Shown one piece after another: positions 7,305-17,953 of a stretch of 25,268 nucleotides of DNA. Under the pieces are notes generated by a model. The model was not told the DNA's origin, made no database searches, and saw only the letters and a program-made list of their open reading frames with translations. Made by a program: the position numbers and the translations under genes. How positions within the stretch are numbered: the first letter of the stretch is position 1; each line of letters starts with the position of its first letter. The stretch comes from a virus (taxonomy: Duplodnaviria > Caudoviricetes), in IMG/VR virus record IMGVR_UViG_3300008111_000133, positions 1 through 25,268 of that record; one strand, given 5' to 3'.

Positions 7305-10300
7305 TTAATCTACTTCAAGTATTGGTTCACCACTACCTCTACCAGTTTTAGCCACTCTAAGTATGTTAGGATTAGTTGTAAATGTTTCAACAGGACTTAA
7401 TCCATCTGGTGTAGTTGCGGCTGTTTGCTGTGAACCTTTCCAGAATGAACGTTGCATTCCCTCTCCCAATCCATTTACAAATTTGTAGTGAGTTGGAAGG
7501 TATCCGTTAATAGCTGTCACTTCAGTCACACCACCACCAACATTTACACTACCACTAAAAGGAAGAATAGATACATTATATTTTTCATAAGAAGTTACAA
7601 TATTATCATAAACAATTGGACCGGATGTTGTTGCAGGATAACCACTTATTTGTGTTCTTTGTTTTATAAATTTAGTTTCTTTTACTAAAAATACACTAAC
7701 CCTACTACCTGTTGTTTCTAAGTTTCCAAACAAATCATCCCATTGTCTATATACAGAATTCCCATGCTTAGCATATAATCCAAATCCTATATTAGCCAAT
7801 GAATTTTTATCCATTCCAATTGCCGTAATTGAATTACCCTCAACTTCACCTATTAAACTTGCACCAGTTGGACATTCAATGTGAACTGAGCCAACATTTG
7901 GATATGTGGGAAATTCTGTTTCTAAAATATTAACCGAATCATATTGTACCAAACCTTCGTAGTTTGGATTAGTTGATTCTAATATAATTGAATCCGATTC
8001 ATCAATTAAACTTTCATAACTATTCAAATCAGAAATTAAATTAGCAATATCAGATGTATTTAAAACACCCTCTGTATTTTGCAACTCTAACTCAATTTTA
8101 TTGTTATCTGATGTTGTTATTGTTGAATCATAATCATTTTTTAAAGATTCTGGTTTATCCCATCTTACTTTACTTCTTTCTAAAAAGTGAGGTTCTATTA
8201 ATAATCCTTTTGATACAATTGCTCTAGCAGGAGCTAAATCCGTCAATACATCAAATAAAGATTTATCAATATATCTTACAAGTCTAATATATTCATAGAT
8301 ATTTCTATTTTGTAATCTTTGGAAATAGTATTCTCTTAATTTTTCAAGCTCACCATACGAATCTTTGTATTCATCTCTTGGGTCACCAATATAGTTATCA
8401 ATACTAAAATCCCCAAACGATTTTAAAATATCCATATTCAATTCCTTAATTGGTGAAAAGAATAATCCCAATCTATTTGAATCTATCGGAGCTCTATCAA
8501 ATGCTTTTTTAGTTGCCCTAACTTTGTGTGAAAGATTACCAACCAATTCTTGCGATTCAAATCTAATTTTGTTTCCATAAGTTAATCCCAATGATGGTAC
8601 ATTCGCCGTTACAGTTCTATCATATGGTGTGTACTGATATGGATATGTTGATGCTGAATAGAAGTTTTGAGCGTAAGCAAAATTTTCATTATAAGAATTG
8701 TTAATAGAAACATTCTTTATATTGTTATCATTAGTTCTATCTTTAGGATATTCAAAATCCAAACGGAATATTAAATCCGAAGTAGATGCAGTATATGAGT
8801 TACCATTAATAGCATCAGGAAATAATGTATGATTTTCAAATTTACTTCTTTGTAAAGGAACTGTCCATAAACGGAATTCATCTATATTACCTTCGTACCC
8901 ATTTCCACCTAAAACTAAATTTTGAGTAGAACCGGTTTCCCATTGGTTATCATTATACAATATTGACATACTAACCGATGTAACAATTCTTTGTCCATCG
9001 GAAGTTGCTAACCAAACTTCATATAAAGAACTACTATTTGCATAATTTGTTCTATTAATTGCAACATTAGAATAATGTTGAGTTGACATTGGGAAATCTA
9101 AACTTCCCGATTTTAAATCAGGCCCAAATACATAAGTGTTAGATGTATTAAAATAATATGTACTAACCGATGCACTTATATATGGCTCTAATATGTATGT
9201 GCTTGTAGAATCATTACCACCAAAATTTAATTCTAATTTACAAAATGAACCAGTAGTTTGTATCAAATCTAAAGTCCATTCACTTCCAGAAATTAAAGTT
9301 GCTACTGGATTTATTACATCAGGCTTTATTCTAAATTCAATACCATCAGGTAATATACCTAAAGAAGATGTGTGCCATGGAATTCTTATACTTGAATCTT
9401 CATCCAATCGTATAGCCGCTGTTCTATCATCAAATGTAAATTGAGTAACACCACCGGTTGTTGGGTCTTGCGGGCCACCAAATTCCATTATTGTCAACAT
9501 GGATTGTGGTACACCATAACAAGCCATGATAGCTTTCATAGCTCTAGCAGTACCTTTATGTTTTAATAGATATGGTAGGTTATTTGCAATTCTTCTCCAA
9601 ACTTCAAAATTTGCATCTTGCAAACTTCTTGAATACTTTTGCGAACCATCTATATCAGTGCCAAACATATATTCCCACAAAAATTGAGAATCAAATGCTT
9701 TTTTAGATTTCCAACCAAGAGATTCAAGTAATGAATATATTAAAGTATTAGGAATACCAACCTCTTGTTTGTGTTCTAATTTTTTTACACTTTTTAAAGA
9801 ATTAATATAAGACCAAATTATATCAAAATGCTGACCTATCATATCTAAGAAAAGGATAAAATCATCATTTTCATTATTATTTGTAAGATATTCAGGTATA
9901 TTATTTTTTAATGCATTTACATTGTACTTATCATAATTTTCACCATAAGAAATTGCAGATTCATACCAACCAACTGCATCATTTGATGTAGATGATTTTG
10001 GAAATCTATAAGTAACACCAGTTCCAATATCTGTATAATTTTCTTTTGGATATGCTAATGTATCTTCATTTTTATATAGATACGTTTCGAATCCATCAAA
10101 AGTTGAAATTAAGTTATTAATATCTTCTGATAATTTATGTGCTTCAAAATTACCATATTTAGAACCAGTTAATGGAGCTTGTACTATATATTTTCTACCC
10201 GTTATATTAAAATATTTAGTTTGATATACTTCTAATGTTTTTATTTTGTAATAAAAGTTATTTATTCTTTCAGTACCGGACCCATAATGAACAAAATTTT

Positions 10301-12515
10301 CCCAAGAGTAATCAGAACCAGATACATAAGTTATGTTTAGTTTTTCAGTATCAATTGATGTCTTTTCCGATATTTTATTTACAAGCTGAGAGTGTGCGAA
10401 CGAACCACTTCCAACTAAATCAGAAAATAATTGATAACCGATTCCACTATCTGCTTCTATTGAAAAATTTGGACCTTTTAAAGGAGGACAAAATAGTTCT
10501 TCTTCTGAACTAAGTGTAATTGTTTCAATAATTGGATTTGCCTGTAATTTAGAAATCCATATTTCTTGATTCGTTTGTACTGTTGTTGGTAATGGTTCAT
10601 ATAATTTTAATATCAATGAATCATCATCCTCAACCCAAGTTGTTATTACTTTATTATCGCCATTTCCAAAGTGAGCTAAGTGAGTTAAATATTTTGATGT
10701 TTCATCATCAAAAATACTCATATCGAATTGCGATATAAATCCATCAGCTATTCTACTAACAACAATTTCTTTTGGAATTGTTAAATCTCCCTTATCAAAT
10801 TTAATTGAAATATATTCAGCATCCCCAACTACAACTTCTCTACCACTTTTATTTACAGGTACAAGTTTTAAACTTAAAGAAATCAAATCATCATCTTCGG
10901 ATACAGATATATTGAAATTTTCTAGTAAAGATTTAAAATTAAAAGTTTGTTGTGTTATTCCATTTTGCTTACATGCAATTTGCATGAAGTTACTATTTTC
11001 TAATTGTGTGCTAGTATTGGAAGTTACCGCATATAATCTTAACTCATCGGTATTTATCGTTTCATATTCAATTGAAAAATCAACATCAGTTCCAACAAAA
11101 TCAGGTCCTTTTAATAAAGATGGATACCTTATATTCCTAATATCAGGAGTTCCAACATAAACATCATCAACAACATTTAAAATAAATTGAATAGAATCAC
11201 CAGGCGTTTCGTTACTTGATGGAACAAATATTATCTTATATTGACCGGGTTGAGAAAAGTAATTATGTGGAATTACTATTGTTGCACTTGTTTCTCCTTG
11301 ATTTAATTGATACTCGATTGATTCTTTATTAACATAAGCTATTAAAGAAGTAGTGTTACTACTTTTTAACAATCCAATAGGAAAATGTGCATTAGAATTT
11401 TTATTATAAGCTTTTTTTAATTCTTCTTCATTTGAAAAAGAAATAGATGGATAATTTATTGGAGTTATAACAACAGTTTCACTATCAACATCAATTGTTA
11501 AATTTGAATTTACATCTATATTACCACTTATACTTTCTAATTGGCTTTGAGCTTCTGTTACAATAGTTTCTACTGTATTGTTTGATGTAATTTTTGAAAG
11601 TCTGTATAATTCAGCATTAGTGGTACTCACAATTAGCTTTGTTCCTGCTGCAAACTCAAAATTATTTACTCCTGCTTGTAAATTTATTGGTATTGTTTTT
11701 ATTTCGGCATTAGTTGCTAATACTTGAATAGAATCACCAATACCATTAAGATTAATACTAACTTTAAATAATGTAGGTAATACAGGTGGGTCTAAAACAA
11801 TATCTTTTACTTCTGGTTTATTATTATCAAATTTTATTGTTATCGATGAGCTACCAGCATCATAATTAAAAACTTGTTCAACTCCGTTTATTAAATGCCT
11901 TACCCTCATAACAAAACCAGGTTGAGCAGAATAAACATCTTGTCTTCCTGTGTTTGGTATGTATGGTTGTCCATAAAACGTTACACCAGATGGTGCTTCA
12001 ACTCTACCTAATTCACCAAATGTTAAATTTGGTAAATTATTAAAATCTTGATAACCATATAAACTACTATAAGGGTCAACCTTAATTGTAGATAGAGGTT
12101 GTGTATATGGTATATAATTTGGATTAGTTACAACATCAAATATATATTCATCGTTAAACTTGTATCCAGTTTTATTTAAAGTAATTGAAACAGGTTGTAT
12201 TACTAATTCTTCAGTAGTTAGAGTTATTGAATTATTTGTTGTTGCAAACGTATTCGCTCCATTTCTTATAATAGAACAACCATCAATCGAAGATTGTATA
12301 TAAATTAGTTTTCCTAAATTACTATTTGCTAAACCAGGTTCGTTAGATATGGTAATAGTTCCTCCCCCACCACCACTTATAGTTCCACCACCACCGCTAC
12401 CTCCACCTAAATCAATAGCAACAGCTGCGTCTTGTGTAAAGAAACCTTTGACAGCCTGTCCATCATTTAATAGACCGCCATCTAAACTAAAATCATTTGT
12501 TCCTACATACACCAT
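7305..12515 (-). CDS. Large baseplate wedge-like protein (gp7/P2 gpI-like core) with a LamG/concanavalin-like domain, 1736 aa
   Basis: FLDMIGQHFD...RRIANNLPYLLKHKGTARAMKAIMACYG matches the KGT motif of gpI/gp7-type wedge proteins. YEGNIDEFRLW is a LamG-type signature. It lies downstream of the gp25-like and gp6-like genes. Confidence 0.65.
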   Translation of the reverse strand: MVYVGTNDFSLDGGLLNDGQAVKGFFTQDAAVAIDLGGGSGGGGTISGGGGGTITISNEPGLANSNLGKLIYIQSSIDGCSIIRNGANTFATTNNSITLTTEELVIQPVSITLNKTGYKFNDEYIFDVVTNPNYIPYTQPLSTIKVDPYSSLYGYQDFNNLPNLTFGELGRVEAPSGVTFYGQPYIPNTGRQDVYSAQPGFVMRVRHLINGVEQVFNYDAGSSSITIKFDNNKPEVKDIVLDPPVLPTLFKVSINLNGIGDSIQVLATNAEIKTIPINLQAGVNNFEFAAGTKLIVSTTNAELYRLSKITSNNTVETIVTEAQSQLESISGNIDVNSNLTIDVDSETVVITPINYPSISFSNEEELKKAYNKNSNAHFPIGLLKSSNTTSLIAYVNKESIEYQLNQGETSATIVIPHNYFSQPGQYKIIFVPSSNETPGDSIQFILNVVDDVYVGTPDIRNIRYPSLLKGPDFVGTDVDFSIEYETINTDELRLYAVTSNTSTQLENSNFMQIACKQNGITQQTFNFKSLLENFNISVSEDDDLISLSLKLVPVNKSGREVVVGDAEYISIKFDKGDLTIPKEIVVSRIADGFISQFDMSIFDDETSKYLTHLAHFGNGDNKVITTWVEDDDSLILKLYEPLPTTVQTNQEIWISKLQANPIIETITLSSEEELFCPPLKGPNFSIEADSGIGYQLFSDLVGSGSFAHSQLVNKISEKTSIDTEKLNITYVSGSDYSWENFVHYGSGTERINNFYYKIKTLEVYQTKYFNITGRKYIVQAPLTGSKYGNFEAHKLSEDINNLISTFDGFETYLYKNEDTLAYPKENYTDIGTGVTYRFPKSSTSNDAVGWYESAISYGENYDKYNVNALKNNIPEYLTNNNENDDFILFLDMIGQHFDIIWSYINSLKSVKKLEHKQEVGIPNTLIYSLLESLGWKSKKAFDSQFLWEYMFGTDIDGSQKYSRSLQDANFEVWRRIANNLPYLLKHKGTARAMKAIMACYGVPQSMLTIMEFGGPQDPTTGGVTQFTFDDRTAAIRLDEDSSIRIPWHTSSLGILPDGIEFRIKPDVINPVATLISGSEWTLDLIQTTGSFCKLELNFGGNDSTSTYILEPYISASVSTYYFNTSNTYVFGPDLKSGSLDFPMSTQHYSNVAINRTNYANSSSLYEVWLATSDGQRIVTSVSMSILYNDNQWETGSTQNLVLGGNGYEGNIDEFRLWTVPLQRSKFENHTLFPDAINGNSYTASTSDLIFRLDFEYPKDRTNDNNIKNVSINNSYNENFAYAQNFYSASTYPYQYTPYDRTVTANVPSLGLTYGNKIRFESQELVGNLSHKVRATKKAFDRAPIDSNRLGLFFSPIKELNMDILKSFGDFSIDNYIGDPRDEYKDSYGELEKLREYYFQRLQNRNIYEYIRLVRYIDKSLFDVLTDLAPARAIVSKGLLIEPHFLERSKVRWDKPESLKNDYDSTITTSDNNKIELELQNTEGVLNTSDIANLISDLNSYESLIDESDSIILESTNPNYEGLVQYDSVNILETEFPTYPNVGSVHIECPTGASLIGEVEGNSITAIGMDKNSLANIGFGLYAKHGNSVYRQWDDLFGNLETTGSRVSVFLVKETKFIKQRTQISGYPATTSGPIVYDNIVTSYEKYNVSILPFSGSVNVGGGVTEVTAINGYLPTHYKFVNGLGEGMQRSFWKGSQQTAATTPDGLSPVETFTTNPNILRVAKTGRGSGEPILEVD

Positions 12516-12521
12516 AGTTTG

Positions 12522-13799
12522 TTACTTTATATATTCTCTTTTAAGTTCAGCTCTTTCAAGGTCTATAACTCTAAGACCATCGGAAAAATCTCTAACAGTT
12601 TCATAATTAGCCCAACCACCACCTCCACTTCCACCACCAAATGATGGTGTTTCAACTACAATTTCTTTTACGATTACTGGTTCGGGTTCTACATAAGGCG
12701 GCATATCTATTGGTAGTACTATTTTAGGAGGAGGTCCTAAATCAACCACAGGTGGTTTTTGTACATCCAATAATTTTTTAAATGCTATTTGTGCATCGGT
12801 TTGAAATGGTTTTCGCTGTTCTATTTTTGTTATAACAGGCGATGATGTATCAATTAATGTATCTTGCTCTAATCTTTGCAAAATCATTTTAACTTCATTG
12901 ATACCTTCCAATTTACCTTCATCAAACGATACCTTTGTATTTATATCCTGTAAGGGTAAATATTTGATTATAGATTGTACTAATAAGTTTCTACATTGTT
13001 CACGTATTTCTTCTTTAGATAACCCAATAGGTGGCTTTTCTTTTTTTGGCTTTCCATAATTTAGGTCATCTATTTTGGATATTCTATTTGTAAATTCATA
13101 TATACAAGATTGAACAAAAAGCTTATGAACATCATTTGCAAAAATATCAAAATCTTTTATTTTAAATTCACTAACCATTTTATTATACCACTTTTCAGTA
13201 TATTTAGATTTCATAAAATCTTTGATACCCGCTGGCGTTATTTTTTCTACAAAATTAAAAGCTAATGCAATAGTATCATCTCTAAATTCTCCGTTTTTTC
13301 TAAAAATTTCATAACGCAATCCTAAGTTATATGAAATCTCATCTAATCCTTTTTTTATTGGAAATAATCTTATTTCTGTTCTTGATGGTGAAATTTCAGA
13401 AATCCAAACTTTATTATTTGTACTCTCACTACCTACTCTTTTATTAATAAGTGTTACGCTTGTTTTAAAAACACCATTTTCATATCCAGCTTCCTTTAGT
13501 AATCTTTCAGCATCTATAAAGTATTCTTTTGGAAATTTATATTGTTCTAAAAGAGTTCCTTCTGGTAGTAAAAAATAATCACTTATATTAGAACTTGTCA
13601 ATGGAATATATCTTACTAACTCGCCGTTTCTTTGTGGCAGTTGATTATCAGATGAATCATATATAATAAATTCTATGGAATCAGTTTCTCCAAATCCAAA
13701 AAATGATTGAAGATTTTCTTCTTCAAAAACTTTTCTGTCATTAGCAGTAATTTGATAGCCTTTGTTATTAATAATATCTTTTAGAGCTTTTATTGCCAT
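12522..13799 (-). CDS. Hypothetical protein in the baseplate module (probably structural)
   Basis: 425-aa ORF overlapping the upstream gene; contains ISEISPSRTEIRL; Pro/Gly-rich C-terminal tail. Confidence 0.75.
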   Translation of the reverse strand: MAIKALKDIINNKGYQITANDRKVFEEENLQSFFGFGETDSIEFIIYDSSDNQLPQRNGELVRYIPLTSSNISDYFLLPEGTLLEQYKFPKEYFIDAERLLKEAGYENGVFKTSVTLINKRVGSESTNNKVWISEISPSRTEIRLFPIKKGLDEISYNLGLRYEIFRKNGEFRDDTIALAFNFVEKITPAGIKDFMKSKYTEKWYNKMVSEFKIKDFDIFANDVHKLFVQSCIYEFTNRISKIDDLNYGKPKKEKPPIGLSKEEIREQCRNLLVQSIIKYLPLQDINTKVSFDEGKLEGINEVKMILQRLEQDTLIDTSSPVITKIEQRKPFQTDAQIAFKKLLDVQKPPVVDLGPPPKIVLPIDMPPYVEPEPVIVKEIVVETPSFGGGSGGGGWANYETVRDFSDGLRVIDLERAELKREYIK

Positions 13800-14833
13800 G
13801 CTAATTTTTTTCTTTTATTTATATATGAATCATATACAAAATATGAATAGTGCTTACCAAAGAAATGTATAACATTCCCTAACAAATTTTTCTTTTTAAG
13901 AGTACCAACTTCATAAGCCATAAACTCCGTCCAAGGTTTTACTAATAAATAAACGTATTTTGTATATTTAGGATTTTTTCTCATAAATTCAACAACACCT
14001 CTAGCCCATATACCATATCCTATAACTAATCTTCTGTCTATATTCCACATCATCTCACCATAACGTTCATCCGCATCCCATATATGTTGTGGTAAGAAAC
14101 CTTGATTGTATAATTCGTTACAAATGATTTTCTTTTTCTTAGTTGTTGCATTTGTAAGTTGTTGATTAGCTGTAATTAATTGCGTTTGATTGGCATTTAA
14201 TTGAGTGTTTAATTGATTTATAGTCTGCCCTAAGTTAATTATTTGGTTTTGTGCACTACTTAATTGCTCTTTTAATAAATCATTCTCTTGAGTTAGTGAT
14301 AAGTTTCTAGCCGCTAATGACACTCTTTGAATTGATTCTGCCGTTGCTTTTTGTAATGCATTTTGTAAATCAATGGTAGATGATTCTACTCTAGAAGCCA
14401 TACTTTGTAATTGATTTTCTAAAACAGTAACATTCAAATCTCTGGAGTCTAATTCGATTGCTAAACTCTGTGTTACGATTTCTAGTTCTTTTATCTTACC
14501 ATCCATTCGTAATACTGTATCATTCAGAGCTTCAACTACCTCTGTTAAATCTTCAACAGATTTAGTTGCTTCATTAAAAGTTGATGTTAATATAGTTGGC
14601 TCTGTTAATGGTGCTTCTATATCAATCAACTCAACAATTGTTGTATCTAATGCTTTTATTAGTTCTTGTTGATTATATTTTGGCTTAGTAAGTTGTCCAG
14701 AAATAATACCATCGTTCTCTATCGAACCACTAAATATATGAACACCAAATTCATTTTTAGTTTTGATAGCCGATGAACCACTTCGTAATAGTTCACTTAT
14801 TAAAGCTTCATTTTTTAAACCACCTTTTACCAT
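13790..14833 (-). CDS. Coiled-coil protein with a C-terminal 'KIICNELY' domain
   Basis: Long heptad region (about aa 85-230, Q/N/L-rich), then an aromatic-rich domain of about 115 aa starting KKKKIICNELYNQG. Confidence 0.75.
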   Translation of the reverse strand: MVKGGLKNEALISELLRSGSSAIKTKNEFGVHIFSGSIENDGIISGQLTKPKYNQQELIKALDTTIVELIDIEAPLTEPTILTSTFNEATKSVEDLTEVVEALNDTVLRMDGKIKELEIVTQSLAIELDSRDLNVTVLENQLQSMASRVESSTIDLQNALQKATAESIQRVSLAARNLSLTQENDLLKEQLSSAQNQIINLGQTINQLNTQLNANQTQLITANQQLTNATTKKKKIICNELYNQGFLPQHIWDADERYGEMMWNIDRRLVIGYGIWARGVVEFMRKNPKYTKYVYLLVKPWTEFMAYEVGTLKKKNLLGNVIHFFGKHYSYFVYDSYINKRKKLAWQ

Positions 14834-14836
14834 TTT

Positions 14837-15907
14837 TTAATCCTTTACAACATTAAAAGTTAATTCAGTATCTATATATTGAGAACCATTGATTCCATCA
14901 ATTTTAAATTCTATTTTATAAACTCTATCAGATTGCCAATTTGTAAAATCAATAGTAATATAATTTCCATTAGAATCACAACTAATTTTTGAGTATTCTG
15001 AAAAAGGTACAATAACATCATTACTTGCAAAATCTCTTATTTGATAATAAGAATTTTTCGGTAAATATTTTATTGTATTATATGCGAACGAATTTGTAAA
15101 TGTTTTTAATGGATACATTTCTCTTGCAAATACTCTCATAGAAATTATTGTATTTACTTTATATTCTTTTTTCAAATTAGTAATACCTACTTTAATATCA
15201 TCAGAAACTAATTCAGATAAAGAGCCTGTTAAATACGATTGGTCATCCCACCCTATTATGATTTTTGGTTCATGTATTGTATGTGTTTCTTTACTAAATA
15301 ATTTTACAATTCCGTAATCATTTACATCATTTTCTTTATCGTTAGCAAATTTAACCATCAACCCATCATTTGGAATAGAACCACTCATCCATGCTTTTAA
15401 CATATCAGTAACATCCATACTAATATCAGCCGTACTATAATTAAAAGATTGAGATGCTGCATTATATGTGTACCACGTACCACCAGTACCATCGTTTGGA
15501 TTTGATGTAGTACCTACTGCTAAATTATTTTCTAACCATTCTGTTTTTGTATCACCTTCTCTATGTTTCCAGGTAACACCACTAGTAGATATTTCATCAA
15601 ATCTAGTACCCTTACCCATATTCCAACTTCCAGATATTGCATACGCATATAATGTATAATCTAAAGGAATTTCTTCACTTTCAGTTTCTTTTAATACCAA
15701 ATATGCATTTTTCATTTTTACAGAACCATCAGATAGTGATTTTGATAAATGACCAACATCAAATTTTAGTAATGCTCTTGAAACATCTTTAACTGTTCCA
15801 TAGAATATCTTACTTACCTCTAATATCTCATCCAAACCTGTATTTTGGTTTGGTTGTTGAAGATATACCGTTGCATCCTTTGATGCTGTCATGAAATAGT
15901 ATGCCAT
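14837..15907 (-). CDS. DNRLRE (disaggregatase-related/CBM96-like) domain virion protein
   Basis: Pattern ASKDATVY-x-QPNQNTG...SRALLKFD...AYLVL...SW...VTW...DVT-x4-W...N-x-GL-x-VK...FSKE...PK, typical of DNRLRE domains. Confidence 0.65.
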   Translation of the reverse strand: MAYYFMTASKDATVYLQQPNQNTGLDEILEVSKIFYGTVKDVSRALLKFDVGHLSKSLSDGSVKMKNAYLVLKETESEEIPLDYTLYAYAISGSWNMGKGTRFDEISTSGVTWKHREGDTKTEWLENNLAVGTTSNPNDGTGGTWYTYNAASQSFNYSTADISMDVTDMLKAWMSGSIPNDGLMVKFANDKENDVNDYGIVKLFSKETHTIHEPKIIIGWDDQSYLTGSLSELVSDDIKVGITNLKKEYKVNTIISMRVFAREMYPLKTFTNSFAYNTIKYLPKNSYYQIRDFASNDVIVPFSEYSKISCDSNGNYITIDFTNWQSDRVYKIEFKIDGINGSQYIDTELTFNVVKD

Positions 15908-17943
15908 TATCGTACTCTACCTTTTATATCCGAATCCGGAAATTTAATTTCAAATATAGATGGGTCTAATGAAGGATATACAATTTTATCTTTTGTGGCC
16001 GCTTCTATATTATATGAATTAGGAGAATAATTGTCTCCGCATTTATTTTCAATTCGTATAAATGGAACGGATGATACGCCTTCAACGTTTGCAATTAACA
16101 ATTCAACTTCACTTAAATTTATAGTTTGATTAAATTGCCAATTATCTATATTAAAATAACTTTTTAATTCACTTATGCATTTAGCTAAAGTTTCACTTTT
16201 ATTATAGTTCTGATACACTGTTATTTGAAAGTCTATTCCAATATTAATAATAAAGCCATCACTCATATTAATACCATCTGTTAAGATTTTGTACTCATTT
16301 AAATATGTTTTTAAATTTTCCTTAACTGCTCTATTTAATGGAGCTAATCTACCATTTTGGTCCAAACCTAATAAATAAAGATTAATTGCGAATGGATTGT
16401 TTTTTTCATTTTCGTTGGAAGTTTTTCCAATTAAATATTTTTGAATTTCTTCTTGTACAGTCCTTACAGATGGTTCTTCTCCATCTGGTTTATTTACAAA
16501 ACTCATTACTAAATCCGTAAATTCTTGTAATGCGTTTGGTGATGCTAAAATTGATGCAGGTGAATTATTATCTAATTTACCGTCAGCTATTGCATAAGAT
16601 TTGGCTACTGCTCCAAATTTAGTTGGCATTGATAATACTCTAACTTGATAATCTTTAGTAGTTACTGCTCTATTTTGTGCTCCAAAGTTTGCTAAAGCAT
16701 TTTGTCTAATTTCTTCCAGCGTTTCTCCACTTCTACCACCAGAAGCTCCAATTTCATTATCAACTGCTACTGAATTTTTTGTAGCATTGTATATTGCTGA
16801 TTCAATATTATTTAATTTTTGAACATCTTCGTCAAATTCTATACCTCTTATTCTTGTAAGTTCACCAACCGAAATATTTGAATTTACCCCACCACCCACT
16901 AAATACCTAACGGTTATATCTGTCATAGCTGGGGATGTTCCGTATGTTTTTGTTTTCAAAAAGTTAGTAGGGTCAAACGATTCATCTAACTTATCTATTG
17001 AATTAGGAAGTCCCAATCCAACATTTTTTAAATTTGGTATTAAAGTTTCATCACTAGCAGATGGGTCTCCTGCTCCAAATTGAATTGTCATAGTAGAATC
17101 TTCATTTACCTTTACTACGAATCTTTTTGGTGTTTTTATTGTTTTTAAAATATATGGTACAGTATCTTTAAATTGATACAAATCCGTATCATTTGCTTCT
17201 GTGTTTGGTTGTTGTATAAAAACCATTTCTTGTGCTAAATATGGAACTTCGTACCACTTATTGCCATTAGTATCTCTAACATCATGTATATCAATAATGT
17301 TACTATCATTTAAAACTATTTTTTGAAAAGGTTCGTAATTACCAAACGTAAATGTTCTCTCAACCATTGTAGCTGAAATACATTGTACAAACTTTTTTAT
17401 CAAATAAAAAGTTGTCTCTCCTGTAATAGAATCTCTTTGATATATTGATATACCTCTATCGGTTGGGTCACTAAAATCGACTACATCCGTTGTTCTAAAT
17501 TCTAAATCATCTCTTGATGATTCAACAGCCATACCTTCTTTAATTCTTAAAAAATACTTTTCATCTGGTCTATTATTCAAACCACTACCTATTGATGGTA
17601 CTAATTGATAAACAGATAGTGTTGTTACAGCAGGTGCTGTTACTTTTGGTTTATATCCCAAATATTGCGCTAATGCCAATACACTTCTAGTATCTTCAGC
17701 AGTAGACATCATTGACTCTTTTAATGTATCATCAATATAATACGAAAGAGTATCACCTATATATGATGCCATTTCAATAAACATCATACCAGGAGATGAT
17801 TCATTGAAATCAGAATAAGTTCTAGGAAAATAAGTTTTAGTAAACTCTATTAGATTTTCTTTAAATCCATAAAAGTCCTTTCCGATATATTTTATATCCT
17901 TACCTTTATTCCTAAAATTTTTATTTGTAGTAGTTAATGCCAT
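15907..17943 (-). CDS. gp6: Baseplate wedge subunit, T4 gp6 / baseplate J-like
   Basis: DFNESSPGMMFIEMASYIGDTLSYYID, LAQYLGYKP, IQFG, YLVGGG, GGRSGETLEEIRQNA and AQNRAVTTKDY are hallmark gp6 motifs. Confidence 0.9.
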   Translation of the reverse strand: MALTTTNKNFRNKGKDIKYIGKDFYGFKENLIEFTKTYFPRTYSDFNESSPGMMFIEMASYIGDTLSYYIDDTLKESMMSTAEDTRSVLALAQYLGYKPKVTAPAVTTLSVYQLVPSIGSGLNNRPDEKYFLRIKEGMAVESSRDDLEFRTTDVVDFSDPTDRGISIYQRDSITGETTFYLIKKFVQCISATMVERTFTFGNYEPFQKIVLNDSNIIDIHDVRDTNGNKWYEVPYLAQEMVFIQQPNTEANDTDLYQFKDTVPYILKTIKTPKRFVVKVNEDSTMTIQFGAGDPSASDETLIPNLKNVGLGLPNSIDKLDESFDPTNFLKTKTYGTSPAMTDITVRYLVGGGVNSNISVGELTRIRGIEFDEDVQKLNNIESAIYNATKNSVAVDNEIGASGGRSGETLEEIRQNALANFGAQNRAVTTKDYQVRVLSMPTKFGAVAKSYAIADGKLDNNSPASILASPNALQEFTDLVMSFVNKPDGEEPSVRTVQEEIQKYLIGKTSNENEKNNPFAINLYLLGLDQNGRLAPLNRAVKENLKTYLNEYKILTDGINMSDGFIINIGIDFQITVYQNYNKSETLAKCISELKSYFNIDNWQFNQTINLSEVELLIANVEGVSSVPFIRIENKCGDNYSPNSYNIEAATKDKIVYPSLDPSIFEIKFPDSDIKGRVR

Positions 17944-17953
17944 TTTTTATTTA

